A stretch of 64,000 nt of DNA from Eledone cirrhosa (Eukaryota): contig OZ024743.1 of assembly GCA_964016885.1 (NCBI GenBank), forward strand, positions 289,416,001 to 289,480,000, in the 5' to 3' direction. Shown here piece by piece: positions 60,628-64,000 of this stretch (within the stretch, counting starts at the first letter, position 1; the number at the start of each line of letters is the position of its first letter). The notes under the pieces were generated by a model that was not told the DNA's origin, did not search any database, and worked only from the letters and a program-made list of their open reading frames with translations. A program made the translations under genes and the position numbers.

Positions 60628-60820
60628 CATATATATATATATAACAAAGTAAATGTGGTAAGGAACCAGGTGGACCATAACGCACCAAAGTACTCAATAT
60701 TAGGGTAGTAGAGTGGGTAATAGGAATGAGTAGGACCCCGACGGCTAAGCTCAAGCCGTTTCGACGGCTAATTCTGGACTGATTTAGTCCAGAATTAGCC
60801 GTCGGGATCCTACTCGTTCC

Positions 60821-60852
<32 letters not shown>

Positions 60853-60913
60853 AAGAGAGAGACAAACAGAAATATGCCATCAGTTTTGATTCTCAATGCT
60901 ATATTTTATTGCT

Positions 60914-61123
60914 TTATTTTCCAGTCTCTAGTTCCATCTCTGTATTCTCACCATCATTGTCATCAACATAGTGTTCCTGGATGTCTTTGATTTTCTCATA
61001 CTCAAACTCAGCTCCAATGGCACATGACAGTAAAGATTGGATGTTCCGTTCCTCTGTATCACCAAACATATATCCTACAGCTTTATCTACAGTCTGCAGG
61101 ACACGTAACATACTACTGTTTTG
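60914..61123 (-). CDS. GPN2: GPN-loop GTPase 2, terminal coding exon
   Basis: Translates QNSSMLRVLQTVDKAVGYMFGDTEERNIQSLLSCAIGAEFEYEKIKDIQEHY...*, matching the GPN2 C-terminal pattern (RVLQAVDKANGYCFG..E.R.L...S.A.GADF). Acceptor ttccttgcag ends at 61124; AATAAA at and just after the stop. Confidence 0.92.
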   Translation of the reverse strand, partial: QNSSMLRVLQTVDKAVGYMFGDTEERNIQSLLSCAIGAEFEYEKIKDIQEHYVDDNDGENTEMELETGK

Positions 61124-61491
61124 CTGCAAGGAAAATAAATAAACCAATAATTATTTATGTAAATAAATGGGTAAGTATATATAAAGAAAATATTGAAGCA
61201 AATAAAAACAATATATACTTTTCTATCATTCACACACAAAACACACTAATGTGTGAAAGTAGAGGATCAGGTGCGAGCTCGGTGGTTTTGGTAGTTACCT
61301 CAAGATTTCTCTTTGTGAAAAGGTAACAAGCCGAAATCACTGAGCTTGCACTTGTTTCTTTACTTTCACTAATATACATACTCTGCCTCATACCATGTAC
61401 TGAGGACTTCTCTGATTTGTGGTCTTCCCAGTCGCTGTACTGCAGACTACCAATATATACATATACATATATAAGTGAGTGTTGAAGTTTG

Positions 61492-61530
<39 letters not shown>

Positions 61531-62932
61531 CAGGAAAGAAGAGTGACACGGTTTGCTATACAAAAAAGGTTTTTAATCTCATTGCTGACAATTGTTTCTC
61601 TGAACTGGTAGGTCTAGAGATCGCTACTCGCTTGTTTTCATCGGAGCTTGTGAGAATGAAAGGAATATACAGGCATGGCTACTATATATAGTAGTAATGG
61701 CATTCAATCAGAACAATAACAACAATACTAACAATGCTAGCAATAAATTATTTGAAATAATCACAACATCAATCTAGGTGGGAAGTATAGTATATCTACG
61801 ATTTTAGTGTATAAAACTAGCTGACATGAGGCAGATGTATAAAATTGACATGTAAATGTATATATATATATATATATATATATATCATCATCATCATCAT
61901 CATTTTAACGTCCGCTTTTCTCTGCTTGCAAGGGTGGGACGGGAACTGATTCTGGCTTGATTTCTACAGCTGGATGCCCTTCCTAACACCAACCTCATTT
62001 ACAGTGAGTGCTGGGTGCTTTTTTGCCGTGGCACCTCCATGACCACTTTGCAGTGGTATATATATATATATATATATACTTGTTATCAGTACTAGACTGG
62101 CATCTATTTACCAACTCCATAAGGATGAAAGGCAAAGTTGACATCAGCAGGATCTGAACTCAGTGTATAGTGTTGGAACCAATACCACAAAAATTCTAAC
62201 ACTGACCGACTGTGTTTCTTTGCTGGAACAATTAGTGCAAGTTGTCTTGTTCAACACCTTAACAATCCTGCTATCCTCTGCCCTAGGATGGCCCTCTATT
62301 TTATTGACTAAGATCAAATGAAAGGCAAATCTGACCTCAGAGGGATTTGAAATCAGAGCACAGAGAGCTGGAACAATTACCATACGGCATTTTGTACTAC
62401 GCTCTAAAGGCTCTGTCAGCTAGGCTCCAAGATACATTTCAGTATTTGAAATAAATCATTTGCAAACATAGATTTGGCAATTACTGTACATGAACAATTG
62501 TGTAATACACCAGAGCGTGATGGTATTTTTAACAGAGCATAGATAACAGTTACATAATTTACCGCAATACAACACAGAGAAACATACAAGAAAAATAGTT
62601 TACACTTTCATCCAGCCAACCTCTGGAAACTGTTTGCAGCATGAAAACAAATGAACATTATAACATCCATAATAATGACAATCATCATCAGTATCATCAC
62701 CGTTTAATGTCCATTTTTCCACTCTAGCATGGGTTAGATGAGTTGTCCCATTGTGAGACAATTCAGATCAGATGACTGTGTCTTGCTCATACAAAACTTT
62801 TGGATGCCCTTCTTATGCCAACCACATTTACAAGAAAAACATCTATATATATAATTTACAATAAAAAATGTTGTTGGCAATGATGATGATGTAGATGATA
62901 AAGTTACAAATTTACAATAGTGAAATCCCTAC

Positions 62933-63031
62933 CTTAATGTTGAGAGCCACAAAAGAGACCAGACTGTAATCCTCTATGATGCCAACCATGGCAGCATTCA
63001 TTTTCTTATATTTTCTGAAGATTTCATCATC
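62933..63031 (-). CDS. GPN2: GPN-loop GTPase 2, penultimate coding exon (99 bp, phase 0)
   Basis: ttttag|GATGAT...ATTAAG|gtaggg; translates DDEIFRKYKKMNAAMVGIIEDYSLVSFVALNIK (GPN family IEDYSLVSF..LNI motif) and joins the terminal exon in frame. Upstream exons are not seen in the window. Confidence 0.92.
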
Positions 63032-64000
63032 CTAAAAGCAAGCAAGCAGAAAAATAGAATCACAAACAAGTTTATTTAAATATGAGGAACAAAGCATTTA
63101 TGTCCACTTTCCATGCTGGTATAGGTTGAATGAAATATTATAGTCTGAATCAGAGTTATCCCCAAATACTTTACTGTGTGTGCTGGGTGTATTTTATCAG
63201 CGTACTAGCACTAGAGAGGTTTTCATGTCCCCAACAAGACTCATGAGCCTTCTCAAACCTATGTTGTCTTTGTTCAATTACCAACCATTTTACAGAGTGC
63301 TGATTTGCACACTACATGGCATCCTGTCCAAAGAGTCATTACTGTACATATAGCCAATAGGTAACATTGGTATAATAATGTATTTTTTTTAGATGATCAT
63401 CAAGATCCCAGTCCTCATTCACTTACCGCGTGGGGTGGAATCTGTTAGATCGGACCAAGGAAACAATGTTTCCATTGGCTAATACTATCTACCAGATGCA
63501 ACTCAAGTACCTAACACATTGCCCAGTCTAGAAATCGAACTCACAACCTCTTAATTGTGAATCGAATTCTCTAACCACTAAGCCATGCAACTTCACATAT
63601 CATAATATAACAACAGTAATAATAACAAATCTAATGTAATAGAAAGGTGACAAACTGGCAGAGGCATGAGAGTGTCAGATAGAATGTTTGTGGAATCTTT
63701 TTTAGTTCTCTACACTCCGAGTTCAAATCAAATTGAAGCAATTTTTTCTTTTCATCCTTTTAAGGTCAATAAATAAAATACCAGTCGAGCACTAGGATTA
63801 TTTCTTCTTCTCTCTCTATTTCACTGGAAGAAATCAGCTGTGGTTAAAATTGAAGAAAGATGAGTGCTGTCAGGTTTCAAAAATCTCCATGGCATGCTAA
63901 ATGTCTTAATAGTGCCCCTATCACTTCATTAAAAGCAATGGAATCAGTTATCAGTTGTTGTAGTCAGTTGAGTTGATGATTGTTCAATTTATTTGACCAA

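Overview
Repeat-saturated, AT-rich animal genomic DNA, with dense (TA)n/(CA)n/(GA)n tracts and SINEs that look cephalopod-like (an inference). The only host gene recognised is the 3' end of GPN2 (last two coding exons, minus strand, 60.9-63.0 kb). Almost all ORF-track entries are microsatellite noise. The rest is transposon debris: mariner, pogo/Tigger, hAT, Helitron, RTE and L1/Tx1 LINEs, and SINEs. Main signal: many (TA)n tracts are interrupted by 0.1-2 kb inserts carrying type I hammerhead ribozyme (HHR) folds, about 20 loci from many unrelated families, read by eye. Three are attached to Penelope-like element (PLE) endonuclease-domain remnants. Three others are ORF-less tandem units (472-476, 580 and 677 bp) with one well-formed HHR per unit, resembling retrozymes. 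The best is a 1556-bp multimer with a 12-bp TSD and twin-priming geometry. Also seen: repeated U3-A8 core covariation, non-canonical stem II closure, and a covarying ACUC...GAGU bulged hairpin shared near the 3' ends of unrelated families. All folds and alignments are manual and no activity is demonstrated.
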